DNA of 64,000 nt, from positions 1,054,001 through 1,118,000 of the forward strand of contig BQFW01000010.1 of the NCBI GenBank assembly GCA_020891255.1, written 5' to 3'. Source of the stretch: Entomortierella parvispora E1425 (lineage: Eukaryota > Fungi > Mortierellomycota). The notes beneath the pieces are model-generated. The model searched no databases. It saw only the letters and a program-made list of their open reading frames with translations, and was not told where the DNA came from. Below, piece after piece: positions 25,701-38,498 of the stretch (its first letter is position 1; each line of letters starts with the position of its first letter). Made by a program: the position numbers and the translations under genes.

Positions 25701-27844
25701 GCTCTGACTTTGACAGCCGCAACTCTTACTTGGCTTCCCCAGCCCTTTCCCCGAATCCCACTGTCATGTCTGGCCAATCGTTCTCAGAGGACAATGATTC
25801 AGACATGACCTCTCCAACGGCCGCTGACGAAGTAGACTCTGCAACGGTCATAGAGGAAACCGTTGAGTACGGACCAACGGCAGAAAATGGTCGACCACTC
25901 GTGGATGATATTGCCACGCGAACTCTTAAAAAGTTCAAGTCGCTCCGACGCTCTCATACCTCTTCTGCCTCCTCATCACAGCAACAACAACAGGCACAGC
26001 AGGACCAACGGAGTGGATCTCAGATCTCGGTCCTCTCCTCTCACAACAGTAGTGCTTCTTCAACGGCTGCTGGTGGTCCTTCAGTCCTTCCTAATCCATC
26101 ATCGACTCAGCCCATGAGAGCAAAGGTCATGAAGAGGTCTAAAACAGCCGTTTTCCGCACTGAAGTTAGCATGCAGCCACTCTCATCCAGGAATGTCATC
26201 CCGCCCTGGAACAGAATCCCATCCTCCATCAACGCTGTCGACTCTTCAGCAAGCAGCCGAGCCGCCCCAATATCACCGGTCAGCCCCGTCTCTCCAGGAA
26301 ACGAGTCTAACTCGCTTGTTAGCCATGGAAGCACAGTCAGTAGCCCCTCCGTTGAGGAGCCCAATCCTTTTGACACCCGGGCGTTGGAGTTGGTCCCCGA
26401 GGAAAGGTTCAGGCCTTTGAAATTGACCATGACCCAGTCCAAGACCATGCCGACGTTGAATATGTGGGGCGGGGAATACTCGGCCACAGAATCTGGTCTT
26501 GGGGGAACCACGATGACAAAGAGCCTGAGCGCAAACCATGCGGAACAGCCACAGAGCCGATCTTTAACAGGAGGGATTGGTGGTCGGTCAATGTCTGTCT
26601 CGTCTGGAACAGCGACATCTTTTGCGTCGTCCTCTGGCGCAACACCCTCGACCGCACCCTTGATTGCACCTTGGAATCGAGTTGACCCCAATTCAGAGAC
26701 CAACACACACCTCCATTCTTTGATCAAGATATCGGGACAACCCTCTCCATCGATTTTGGGAGCAACCAACGCTGCAAGCTCACCCTTTGTACCTGTTGAA
26801 CTCGGTCGATCGTTTTTGAAAAAGGAATCGGCGGCAGCAACAGCAGTGATCAAAAAGTCCAACGCCATGTCTGCAAGAGCTCTGTTGGAGCATCAAAGAG
26901 TTGTCCCAGTTCTGAGTCTTCCTCCTTCCAAAGTCAAATCCGTCGCGACATCGAGCAAAGACGCGGCCTCAATGTCGTCGTCGTCTTCGTCCGATGCTGC
27001 AATGCAGCCACCCAAGAGGAAAGGAATGACGCATTCTATCTCTGCACCTTCAGGTCTTGTCCCCAAGATGGTCATCTCTGCTCCCAAAGAGTCGAGCCCT
27101 GTAATGCAGAGGGCCGAACTTCAAAACACAAATCGCGGCGACCCCAGGAAACCTCTTCCAAAGAGAGCTCCCCTTGCGTCCCCGGTCGCGCTCTCGTCTT
27201 CCGACATGGATCACGCTTCGCCTGGGCTTGGCTCATTCCCCGCTGGAACAACCGTGTCTTCCACCCTTACCAAGAAACGTTATCCTCGCCGCGAATCTGG
27301 ACCTCACTCGCCTTCCATGACAACCAAGCAGCCAGTCGGGATTTTGAAGAAGACAGCACATCAGTCACAACAGCATATTTTGGGAAGTCGCAAAGCGAGT
27401 CTGACAGTCCCTGCCTCAGGAATCTTTCCAGTTCAGCCTCAATCCCTGCACTCCATCCTGGGCTCTGCAGGAGGAGGATCCCTGTCTTCGTCCCCTATCC
27501 CTTCGCCGACTCCTTCCTCCTTGACAACGACCTTCAAGATTGTCATGGACGCAGATACAATTGTAGCCTTGCAGGTAGTCGAGGACCAGGGTTTCGTCTT
27601 GACCTTGTCTGACCTGCAATCGCGTGTTCGGTCAAAGCTCCTCAAGTCCAATATTCAGCTCCCCGACACCTTTGAGCTGATCTGGTCCAGCGTTGCCTCT
27701 GCCTCGGGCACTTCAGCGCTGGCCTTGGCCACTGCTTCTGTTGAATCGGCTGGTAGTAGCATTCCTCTGAAGACAGATGAAGATCTTCACACGGCTATCC
27801 TCGGATCTCGAAACCACAAGGTGACTCTTCGATGCACTGTTTGA
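22760..27844 (+). CDS. ~1305-aa PX-domain protein with C-terminal PB1-like domain; one 1167-nt intron (23651-24817)
   Basis: PX halves WYTIQVQP/YRIYRRYEDVVDFSDQLEEEF and LPRLRSK...RKEELDRYLAELF...LVAEFF join in frame through a phase-0 GTAAGC...ATGTAG intron. The C-terminus TTFKIVMDADTIVAL...IPLKTDEDLHTAI...KVTLRC resembles PB1. Confidence 0.8.
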
Positions 27845-28429
27845 AGAAAAGACACTTGAAAAGGACGCTGAAAAATTTTCGTCCCCGCTGGTTTTGAGAA
27901 ACTCTCTGTAAATAATGTCTATAATGTCCATAATGTCCATAACGATCCCCTACATCCTTCCTCCTAACACTTTCCATTTCTCATGTTCATAACGACCCAT
28001 TCCCCTTTCCTGGCCTCTGATGATTATAACGCACCCTGTTCGTTGTTAATAGCTTTCTTCATAATATTATTACCTTAATCCTGTACATAGTCAGTTCATC
28101 TTTTCTGCCTTTTTTCCAAATAGACCACAAATAAACCCGTTCAGTAATAAGCAATTCTTGATTTATTTGACGAGGATCGAAAGCTTATAGGGACAGCCGG
28201 GCTTGACCACCCTCAGCGCCGAAAACGGGATTTGGAGATGAAATCAACGGAATTTTTTTTTCGCATTTCCCTTGGGCTATTTTATTTTGTTGAGCACCCC
28301 GAAACCGAAACTATCAATTAAAATCATGGGTAAAACAAGGAAAGAGGGAGCAAGGTGGGCAACAAGAGACGGTGGGGTGGTGTTGAAAGAGGATATCAGT
28401 ATGAAACAGGAGAGCCTCTATTTGAATCC

Positions 28430-29279
28430 TTAAACGGCGAGGTTGTGAAGCTTCAGGTAATCCGCCAAGATCTCCTGGCATCCAGTCAGGGATTTCCTAG
28501 GCTCCCAGGTACAATCTGAAATAGGGTACCCTTTCCACTTGATGAGGAATACATAGTTGCCTCTTGGACCCTTTTCGTGACCCGTGATCGCCTCTACCTC
28601 ATATTTCTCTCCAAAGGCCTCAGCATCCTTGACTTTCTTGGGCCTTACGTCCTTGATAAGAGTCAACTTGGCAGCTATCATAGAAACTCGATTAGTTGAG
28701 CGAACTTTTTTTTGTTGGATTTCCTTCTTTTTTTTGCTTGAAATGACCTGAGCTTTTCCTTTCCCTTCATAGAATCGAGATAAACCTCGGCTGAAAAGAT
28801 AAAAGAAAGAGAGGCTTACCTTTGCCCCTCTTCTTCAGGGATTGTCGAGCCGTCTGGCGGAGAGTTGATTTTCGGGGTATACCGGCCACTGTTGCCGCTG
28901 CGGACGCGCTAGCCTCTTTGATGATGGCCCCAAAGGCTCTGGAAGCTCTTTCCAACGCGTCCTCTGTGACAATGGACCCACTGGGAAGAGCAAGCTGCAG
29001 GATGGTGTAGATATTTCCCTCGAGAGTCGCCTCTTCTTGCTGATTATCCTCTTCTTTTGCTTCCTGCTCGTCTACCTCCTTTTCCTCCACCACTTCCTCC
29101 TCTTGTTCTCCTCTCTCGACTTCCACCTCTTCTGCGGTATGAAGTTCCACTTCTTTTTGAATTTTCAGCTTCTTGGCCTTTGTGCCTGGGCCGGACCGGG
29201 CTGGACGACGTTGCTGGCCACTCGACAAAAGAGAGTCTGGTGATGAGTCGGACGCGTATTTGTGATGATCAGTTCCCAT
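28430..29279 (-). CDS. Acidic protein with C-terminal chromodomain; intron 28675-28819; start uncertain
   Basis: YEVEAITGHEKGPRGNYVFLIKWKGYPISDCTWEPRKSL is a canonical chromodomain. The phase-1 intron joins it in frame to the Glu-rich upstream exon. Confidence 0.8.
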
Positions 29280-29587
29280 TTCTTTTTCTTCTTTTCTGAT
29301 TGCCGTTGATGTGGGTTGATGAAGTTCAGCTAAACTCCCCAGTGTTGCTTGTGGTTGTAGTGGTGGAGAAAGGTGAGGAGAAGGGAAAACGAGATTAAAC
29401 AGTCGACGCGACATCATGGACGGATCGCGCTTCCCCCTTTACGACTTTTTCTGGCCTCACTTCATCCGATTAAGGGGCCACACAAGATATTATACTTTTC
29501 GTATTTGTATCCTCGCCGCAGATCACCTGCATTCATGCAAACGTCTTGTTGCTCTTTCCTCATTTTCATTCCACCACTCTCACCACA

Positions 29588-30656
29588 ATGCCAAAGATCA
29601 TCAGTAATAGTATCGTATCGACCTCGGACAATCGGGATGACCAGCAGCAAGGATTGCATTCCTACTACTGCCTGTGCAGTGAATTCATTCTCGTCATTGG
29701 TAAAGAACTCAAATACTTTGGAGGCGCAACACTTAAGGACCTCAACCTGAACCAGCAACAGCATCGGATCAAGGGGGACAGGAGTTTTCAAAGGACCGAC
29801 ATAAACATGAATGTTGAACATTCACTCGACCCTGCAAGCAACAAAAACAATACTCAGTTGATGGAATCGATAGTCGAAAAGGGACCGCTGCAAAATGAAA
29901 TCGACTCTGATGATGACTGACAGTGGATCGTCCAGAAAACTATCAGGGCAATGAAAAAGAGGAGTCAGTCCACTAAGAAAAGACACCGCCCGCTGAGACA
30001 ATAGAATGCCATTTTGGAGTATAACATCGTCTCTACTTGGAAAAGTCAACAGTCGAACTAACCCACTGTACGGTTTATTCATTGACAATCAACTCTAGAT
30101 ATGGAATTGGGTCAACTGCCCAGGCGAGAGACCGACAACGCAATCATCATCTCCAATGCAACAAGGATGTACAAGCTTCATACCAATCAAGGAGAGATCA
30201 AAATTGTTAAGAGGTAGGAGGTCCTAGGCTAGTATCCTTTTTCCTTTTTTTTTCCTTTTTTTTTTTTTTTTTTTTTGTTGGTATTGCCAAAATCTTCTTA
30301 CTCGTGTTTCCTTCCACATCGACTTTTATAGAGGAGACAAATTCGAGAAACAGTACCGGTTAAGTTGCCAAAGATGCCACCTCTTGATTGCATACGAGAC
30401 CACACCCCATCTCAAAGGTGGACCTTACACTTATATTGTTCAAGGAGCGCTGAATGAGATGCAGGGAGTGCCACCAGAGGACTGGGAACTGGATTTACCC
30501 AATGGACATGGCCCAGCTACAGTAGTAGAGGTTGCCGCCGGATCATCATCGATCGAAGAGGAAGAGCAACGGGAACTGAAGAGAAGGATGGACAAAAACC
30601 AAGCAGCGGCTGCAAATGCAAGAGCCATGATTGCCGCCGCCGCTTCATCATCATAA
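29588..30656 (+). CDS. STEEP1: STEEP1/CXorf56 (UPF0428) homolog, multi-exon
   Basis: LHSYYCLCSEFILVI|DMELGQLPRRETDNAII and GPYTYIVQGAL; intron 1 is 29700-30098. Confidence 0.82.
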
Positions 30657-30788
30657 CCAATATTATATAATAATTATATTCTCTCCGCAACATTATGAAT
30701 TGTACATTATGTTTTCATGAAGGGTGGGGGCAAATGCATTTGTTGTTTTGATATTTTGAGATGGCAACTACATTGGCAAAAAAATCGC

Positions 30789-32951
30789 TCAGACCAACAT
30801 CTTGGACATGTAGGGTCCATCCAAGGTATAGCCAAGCTTCGCATAATAATTTCGAACTCCCACACCACTGATGACGCTGAGCTTGACACTTCCGTGCTCC
30901 TCGCGAGCAATGCGCTCTGCCTCCTCCATCAGGAGAGTACCATAACCCTGATGCTGGAACTTGGACGGGTCTCTGGAATGCACTGGGACGACTGATCCGT
31001 AGACGTGAAGCTCACGGACAATCGAAGTCTGGCCGGCCTTGGTCAACTCTGGACGGAAAGCCAGAGGAGAACACTTTCGAAGTCGAAGCAATCCAATCAG
31101 AATATCCTGCTCTGGATCCTCATAACTCAAAAACGTCTCCCATCCGCTGTTGGCTGTGTAATCGCGTCGGATCAACTCCACTTGGTCAGGCTTGACCTTA
31201 TTATGAATATCGACAATACCGACCTCACGCGTCCGTACATCCCTGCACTCTGTTCCTAGATCCTTCATCCTTTGTAACGCCAGCTCACGCAAGTTTCCAT
31301 GCTCCACTCCAGAGGTGACAAGAGGCATAGGAATATCACGCTGAACTCTATAAACACGGGTCCATGGTGGCACAAGGGCCAAGATCCTGGCCACGAGATC
31401 AACTAGAGCGTTGGGAGTATAGTTCTTGTAACGTCCAGTCCTCCACAGCTCGTACAGTCCTGTGCCACGAATAACCAAGGTTGGATAGAGTTTCAAACCA
31501 TCCGAGCGGAAGGCTGGGTTCTCAAAGTACTCCTTAAACTGATCCATATCACGCTCCATGCCCACGTTGGGTAGATCGGGCATCATGTGAGCCACAACCT
31601 TGAATCCTGCATCCTTGGCCAGCTGGAATGACTCTGTAACTGCCTTCACGGTATGTCCTCTGTTGGTATCGCGCGCCACATCCTCGTACACACTTTGCAC
31701 TCCAATCTCCAGACGCGTGCAACCATATCGGAGCATTTGACTAAAATACAGCATCCAGATACGTCAGTAACTCAAAGAAATGAATATCAGCTCAGTACAA
31801 ACGCAACTCCTTTGGGATCTCCTCCTTTACCTCAAATGTGGCTTTAGACAGTAATCTGGTCGAGTTTCGATGGTGATTCCAATGCACTTTGTGGGACTGA
31901 CTTCGGACATCCTCACAGCCTCATCGACATCATTACTGGAATGACCCGACAAAGAGTCGTGCAAGTTGCTGATGAACCAGTCCCTGTAATCCTCAGGCAG
32001 AGACATAAAGGTTCCTCCCATGACAATGTATTCAACCTTATCCACACTGTGTCCAAGAGATTTGAGCTGATCCTGACGACCTCTGGACTGCTCGAAAGGA
32101 TTATAGCGAGCTCGGATGGCACGCATACTCGTAGGTTCATATCCAGTATAAGACTGTGTCGAGTATTCGAAATCAGAGTCCGGTCCTCCTGGGCAGTACC
32201 TAAAGAAAGATCCATTGGACGGCAGTTGTCAGCGATCCGGAAAGAAATATCGTCGCCATATGTCTCAAGCACTCTCCCTTACACGCAAATGTTTCCAGTC
32301 ATGGCGATGTGAGGGCATCTGTGAGGCTTGCACATAACAGCAACCACAGCGATCTAGTTTTGAAAATAAAACAACCATGGTCAGTCCAAGTGTGTCTTCC
32401 TCAGCTGCGCCTTCAAAAAAAAACCTCCCAATCAAGTGCGCGCCTCAGGGATCACAAAATACATACACCAGAGGCTGTTCGGACTGGCTTAGCCTTCAAG
32501 TTTGGCAAGAGTACGGCCTTGTACTGCTCTGGGATAGCAGCAATAATGTCGACAAGTTTGGGTTGGTTCTGAGCCTTGTGCTTCCTCGAGTACCGCTGCT
32601 TGAGTCCATTCAGGTTGACGTCTTTGCCTGCGTCGTGAGCTTGAATGAGCTCGGCAACAATCTCACTGCAGACCTTGATCATGATCTCGGCCTAGTATAC
32701 ATGAAAAAAACAAAGAGAACTCGGTTGAGTCAGAAGGCATTAAAAACCAAAGACGCTGAAAAAGTCCTGATGGTGGTGAATCCTTCTCCTGGTCCATGAT
32801 GTACCTGCGAAGGGCCTAACAAAAGAAATAAAGATAATAAAAAAAAAAAAAAAAAAGTCAATAAAGGGTAATGTCCGAGGCAACCTGGGCATACAAGGCA
32901 AGGCCACATGGACGGTCTATATCGCTTACCTTTCTTTTTTATCGTTGACAT
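30789..32951 (-). CDS. ELP3: Elongator complex catalytic subunit Elp3 (radical SAM + GNAT), including an 11-nt micro-exon at 32805-32815
   Basis: [82 protein letters not shown] and [15 protein letters not shown]. Confidence 0.97.
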
Positions 32952-33113
32952 GCTGGCTGGCTATGGGATGTGTGCTGCTGAATGTTCTGAGCAAGAGAGA
33001 GAACCATGAGATCTCCGAGGTCGGTCAGCTTGATTTTGCATGGCGATTAAACGCAGTCACGATGTTTTTTGCACTTTTTCTTTGGGCAATGCGTCTCATT
33101 TCACCCACAGACC

Positions 33114-34307
33114 ATGGAACGGACATCCGCTACCCGACTACGCTTCAAAGCTACATCGACATCCTCTAGCAAGAGGAAGGAGCGCCGGCGCTCCCGCTCA
33201 CCGACGTCCACGCATCAGAGATCAATATCACCACCAAGGTCCCGTCGGCGGCGATCGCGGTCCAGAACAAGGTCACGGTCCCGATCACCGCGCCGGAAAA
33301 AGAGTCGAAAGGACCGCTCCTCATCTCCAGCATCACCTTCTTCGTCCTCTCGTAGACTCAAGAGAAGCGAGCGTTATCATGTCAAGCAATGGAGAAGTCC
33401 GCCAAAAACATTTGCACCGAATTTTGACGATATTGATTATGAGCAGGAGCTCGCCAACGCTCGAGCTCGGGATGCACAAGAGGAAAGGGAAGCACAGGAA
33501 GCTTGGACAAATCACCTCTTTGACGAACTTGCAAACGATGATCCGTTTGATTATCATTCCGGTCGATTTGAAGGCCAATCTCAGCCTCGGCACCAATCTT
33601 CGAGATCCAGAGTGGATGTTCATTCCATGGATGATGAACGTTATGCGGACTATATGCGAAAGGGTATGGGCCGAACTCAGACTCAGAAGGCTGATCAAGA
33701 ATGGGAGGAGTGGGTACAGGAACAGGAAAGATTGAAGCACTTGAAAGAAAAGGAAGAGAGTCGATGCAAGGAAGATGCAAAGAGGGAAAAGAGAAGGGCA
33801 AAGAAACTGGCCGAGGAAGCGGAGAAAAAGATGATGGCACAAGAGGAAGAATCACCGGCAAACACACTAAGAAAGAAGGCACTTGTAGAAAAGACCAAAG
33901 AAGAGTATGAACGCAAGTGGAGACTGCTACTACTGCTAGACGAAAGCGATATCAAAGACAACAACACAGAATCCGTAACGAAGACTTTTCTCTCTTGGGA
34001 TTCGATCCCATGGCCACCTTTACAATCCACATTGGAAGAACCCCCTGGCACTCTTCCACTCTCTGGTTCAGGACTCTCGTTGTTCGACTTTTTGTTTTTT
34101 GGAACTAGCGCAGATCAAGCAGATGTCAGGAAACAGCTCTTGAGACGTGAGCAACTAAAGTTCCACCCGGACAAGTTTAGACAACGGTTCGGTGCCCGAT
34201 TGCCAAGAGCAGAGGATGGTCCAGATGCAGCAGGTGAGAAAGACCGCATCCTAGAGATGGTCGACAGAGTTGCAAGAGCCTTGAACGAAGTCAGCGAACT
34301 TCTCTAG
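33114..34307 (+). CDS. RS-rich/coiled-coil protein with NFKBIL1-like C-terminal HPD domain
   Basis: An RS-rich N-terminus, then WDSIPWPP and RREQLKFHPDKFRQRFG...VARALNEV. Confidence 0.7.
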   Translation: MERTSATRLRFKATSTSSSKRKERRRSRSPTSTHQRSISPPRSRRRRSRSRTRSRSRSPRRKKSRKDRSSSPASPSSSSRRLKRSERYHVKQWRSPPKTFAPNFDDIDYEQELANARARDAQEEREAQEAWTNHLFDELANDDPFDYHSGRFEGQSQPRHQSSRSRVDVHSMDDERYADYMRKGMGRTQTQKADQEWEEWVQEQERLKHLKEKEESRCKEDAKREKRRAKKLAEEAEKKMMAQEEESPANTLRKKALVEKTKEEYERKWRLLLLLDESDIKDNNTESVTKTFLSWDSIPWPPLQSTLEEPPGTLPLSGSGLSLFDFLFFGTSADQADVRKQLLRREQLKFHPDKFRQRFGARLPRAEDGPDAAGEKDRILEMVDRVARALNEVSELL

Positions 34308-34361
34308 TTTGTACAATAAAGCAATAAAGTGTGGCACCCCTTAATCAAAACTGCAACGCCC

Positions 34362-35535
34362 ATGAACCCACAGCCCATGTTCAATGCCCTCACCTTTCAC
34401 TCTTTCATCAACGAACGACATCTTCTCGACATGGAACCAACGACGATCAGGAGTGGCTCCTCCTCTGCTCGCCTAGATGCGGTGGCACCTACCTACCCGT
34501 TACTTCGAATGACCCTTTTTGCAATGGCCAATCTCTCGATCGCTTACGCGACCTTGACGGTGATTCCCTCCTTGGTCGTTAACAGCAACTTCCCAGCGTT
34601 GGCCGAGGACGGCGGTGATCTGAAAGATAAGGGTGAAAGGAATAGCAGTAGCAACAGCGGATCGACGCTGCATACATTACCCTCACTCTCGTGGACGCTG
34701 GTAGCCCTCTTTGGTCTCCAAACTGTTCTTGGGCTGATCCAGGCACATCTACACGCCACCTCCAACAACGACCGGGCTGCACCACGGAAATCAGGCCAGG
34801 GCAAGAAGAAAAAGAACTCTGGAACTGCAGCACTCTCAACCTCGCCATCGTCTGCATTGTCATCATCTCTGTTTGGGGTTTTGAATACCTCTATTTCCAT
34901 TGGTGCCGTTGGATCGTTGATCTGCCACGTTTTTGCCATCCTCTTTGGCGCAGGAATCATCCAGTATGTAGCACGCTCACAGAGAGAATTTTATCCGCAT
35001 CGGGACGTGTTCCAAAAGGCTGTCATTAACCGATCGACTAATTGATCTTCATTAGCCAAGCAAAGGAAACTAGCCAACTGGCCTGCTACCTGTCCTTGCT
35101 GACCTTCTACCCGGCATCTTTTATCCTGGGCACTGATCTGACCAGCTGGCTGAGGGTTTTCATTCACAACAGGTACGAGTACAAGAGCTTAGACTGGACA
35201 TATAGTGCAACTCTAATAGACTATGGGACTAATTTTGTCATTTTGATGCGGAAACTCAACTTAGCCCTGAGACATACACAGAAGCTGCCCTTTACTGCCA
35301 GGGAATGATGGCCATTTTCGGAGCCTGGTTGGGCTCCATTGTCATACCCTTGGATTGGGATCGGCCCTGGCAGGCCTGGCCCGTACCTTGTGTGCTTGGT
35401 GCGTTCTTATTTTATATGATCGGAACCGTAGTAGGATTGATCGTGAGCATTGTGATGAGGCAGCGGGCTGCCCGGAGGGAATTCCTCGGCGAAGACTATC
35501 AGCAACAGCAACCACACAAGAAGAAATCGCAATAA
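34362..35535 (+). CDS. GPI11: GPI biosynthesis protein PIG-F/Gpi11, multi-exon; start 34362 or 34431
   Basis: HVFAILFGA and [24 protein letters not shown]. Confidence 0.88.
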
Positions 35536-35610
35536 GAAGCGAATACATCTCTAATAGAAAATAGACCCGCGTACTCATGAAAAGAATATTGTTGCCTTTT
35601 ATTCCTGTTT

Positions 35611-36711
35611 TTACTCGATTTTGCCGTCAGCCTTGAGCGCATCGTAAAGAGCCAAGGAACTGAGGAGCTTCGCATCAGGCGCAGCTTTGTACGCTTCTCT
35701 CAGACCAACAATAGACAATGAAATGCTCTCCCCGTGGTCGCGAAGACCGCCTAGACGCCCTTTCAATCCCTGAAGCTCCTCCCAGTCCATATCTAAAAAA
35801 AAATCCGAGAAAATATCAATACGGGAACAGGAGGACGTGGCGAGAATAAGACTCTGAAGGGTAATCCTGCTCTCATGATCCATCGAACTTTTTTACTCTA
35901 CCTTTTCGGCTTACAAACAGCCTCAAGAACTCGTCGCAGCCTCCAGCAGAGGGGTACACCCCTTTCCAGTTTGATCCGTAAGCCAGCTGTGTCATGTCTA
36001 CAAGAGAGTCATTCTCCAATGTGATGCCACATTCCTCCTTGAGCTCCTCTGCACATTTACCCTATACATGATATTCCGGATTAACACACTGGCGCGAGAA
36101 GTTCACATTTTTTGTTTTGAATGCCATTCATCTATCGTTCTCTTACCACGAAGTCACCACTACCATCCAGCATGCCTGCAGGGATTTCCGGAAAGTCAAA
36201 GGAGGGGATCGAGAGTCGCGGCTGATTTGTCAAGACTACGTGCTCAGAGATCGCTCCAGTCGAGGGTTGCTTGGAGCGGAGGATCAGCAACACGGCAACT
36301 GCGCCGCCGCGCTATATTTTCGTTGAAGAAATATAGTTAAAACGACTGACCATTTTCATGACAAGGCAAACCCTGACCGTCCTTCTAATGGCTCTTTCAT
36401 CTTGAATTTACCATGAAGATGAGTCCGGGGGGCTTCTGTCCAGACTCTGTCAGTTTTGCATCGACAGACAGGTTAACGAACCCCACTTTGCTGGAACCAA
36501 AATACTCGACGTTGTTGACCTCCACCTTTGACACAACAACAGAAGGCTCCTTGCTTGATGATTTGGCCGCGTCAGCTTCTTCCTTTTCAAGACCCTTCGC
36601 CCAGTCCTGAAGGGGCTTGAATTCAGAAATCTGCTGCAGGTTTATCTTGTCTCTGGATGTAACCAAAGGAATAGAGCGCGACCCGACCTTGAGAGAGTAT
36701 TTGGCTGCCAT
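35611..36711 (-). CDS. Nudix hydrolase (ADP-sugar pyrophosphatase/NUDX14-like), multi-exon
   Basis: FKPLQDW, KVGFV, PPGLIFM|RGGAVAVLL, EIPAGMLD, Nudix box AEELKEECGI, YPSAGGCDEF and DAKLLSSLALY. Confidence 0.85.
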
Positions 36712-38498
36712 TGCGTGTAATGTTAAAATTGGAAGAAGGGGATGACGATGGCCAAACTAAGGCAAATTGTAGTATTGTAGTGTCAAAGGAATGAAAAGAA
36801 CGAGTTTCGATGTAAGAACTTGATGCGGTTGGAGGAGAGAAGCAATGGATGACAATTGTCCGACATGTCAGAAGGCAGAAGGTGAACGCGCTGTAGCAGT
36901 CACTTTTTTTTCGCGGCAATTGGCGTCTCCGACGCGACTCTTTCTGGGTTCTTCCTTCTTCTCCACTTTGCTCCCTTCCCTCGTAGTAAGTTTCCTTTTG
37001 AACGTGCTCATTAAGTGTAAATATGGCTGTTGTGGAGGAGGCTAACGTTCTGGTTCGCGGGTAATTGATTGTCATGACAAACCAATGAGAGCTCCTGCTG
37101 ACCCTTCCTTCTCGTTCTCTGCCTCCCGCCTGATCCCTTTTTGTTTGGACACTTCATCATTCGCCAACAAAGTTTTCAAAGGTACAAAAACTGTTGCACC
37201 CATTTCTCGCTTCCGTTGTGTTGATGGACGCCTTTGCTAGAACGAAAGGATGGGTGCCAGATGTCATCTCGCAACTACTCCAATAGACCAATAGATGCCA
37301 TTGCTGCAGCCTATAAAAAAAGCATTCCAGTCACCATCGAACGCTCGGGTTTCCTGTTTGTGACACTGGCCCCGAAAGATTGGTCTCAAGGGATCATCAA
37401 AAAAATAACATCAACAATTGGCACATGCAAAGATGGAACGAGAGAGCAACTGGGACAAACGCAAGGGCTTTGTTGTTGATGCGGGGGGGAGGAAGGAGGG
37501 TCTCTGGTCTAGTCTGATAAACCAGCGAGAGTCATATGAAAACCAAAACGAACCCTCTGGTCACAAACAAAAACGAGAAACAGAAGTGGGAAAGGAACCA
37601 TCTTGTCGCTTGCCGCCCTTCGTCTCCCTGTGCGACCTGCAGCCTGAGTGACAAACAAAAGATGATGGAGGAAGGAGAATAAAGGGCCGATCGAGACAAT
37701 TGTGTATGTGTCAAATGATCATTAGACAACCGGGATCAGACTGAGAGAGGAACAGGACATGAGAAGGAATAAGAGGAGAGATGGGAGGCAATTGGGGCAT
37801 GACCGGCAGAGAAAAGGTCCCAGGAATGACAAAAGTGAAACCATGGACCGTAGTGGGCATGCCTAAAAGAGAGCCCCGAGATTGTTATTATTGTACATGG
37901 AGCAGTGGCGAAGGCACCGGTGATTTTATTCACTGGTCGAGGCAGCAACGGAGGACGTTGTGAAAGAATGACGATCGCCAAAGTTGCGGGTGCATGATCA
38001 AGGGTGCATGGTGTTCGGATCCCAGGTCTCACTTCGGTTCGAATCGTAGGTATGAAGGAACGGAAGCATGCAGGCAATGCATGCATGCAAAGTAAAAAAG
38101 CAAGCATGTCCCAGACAGTCCGAGAGGCAAGCTGGAAGACTCGGGAACTCGGACTTTGTGCCCGATCGCAGAAAAACAGGCGGGGGTCCACCCCTTCTTC
38201 CGCATGCGGTTGACAGACAGGGAAGGAGAAAGACAGCACAACAGCACGCCCTGAGGCGTTTACCTGCTTCTCCACAACCCAGAGACACACGGTCGAGAAA
38301 GGGGACCGTGGCTGCGAATCCATCATAAAATGGCCCTTCCTCTCCCTATCATCTCTCTTCTCTCCTTTTCCTCTTCCCCCCTCGTGCCTTTTTCCCTCTC
38401 TGCTCCTTTTCCCGTCCTTTTCCCTTTTCCCTGTTCTCTTTCCTTCCAACTCAAACCACTTGTTCTCCACAAACACAACAGTAGTAACACACACGATC

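Noticed and set aside
27908-28035. ATAATGTC(C/T) x3 and scattered ATAACG motifs 3' of the PX gene
   Set aside because: Short low-complexity 3'-UTR repeat with no further support.
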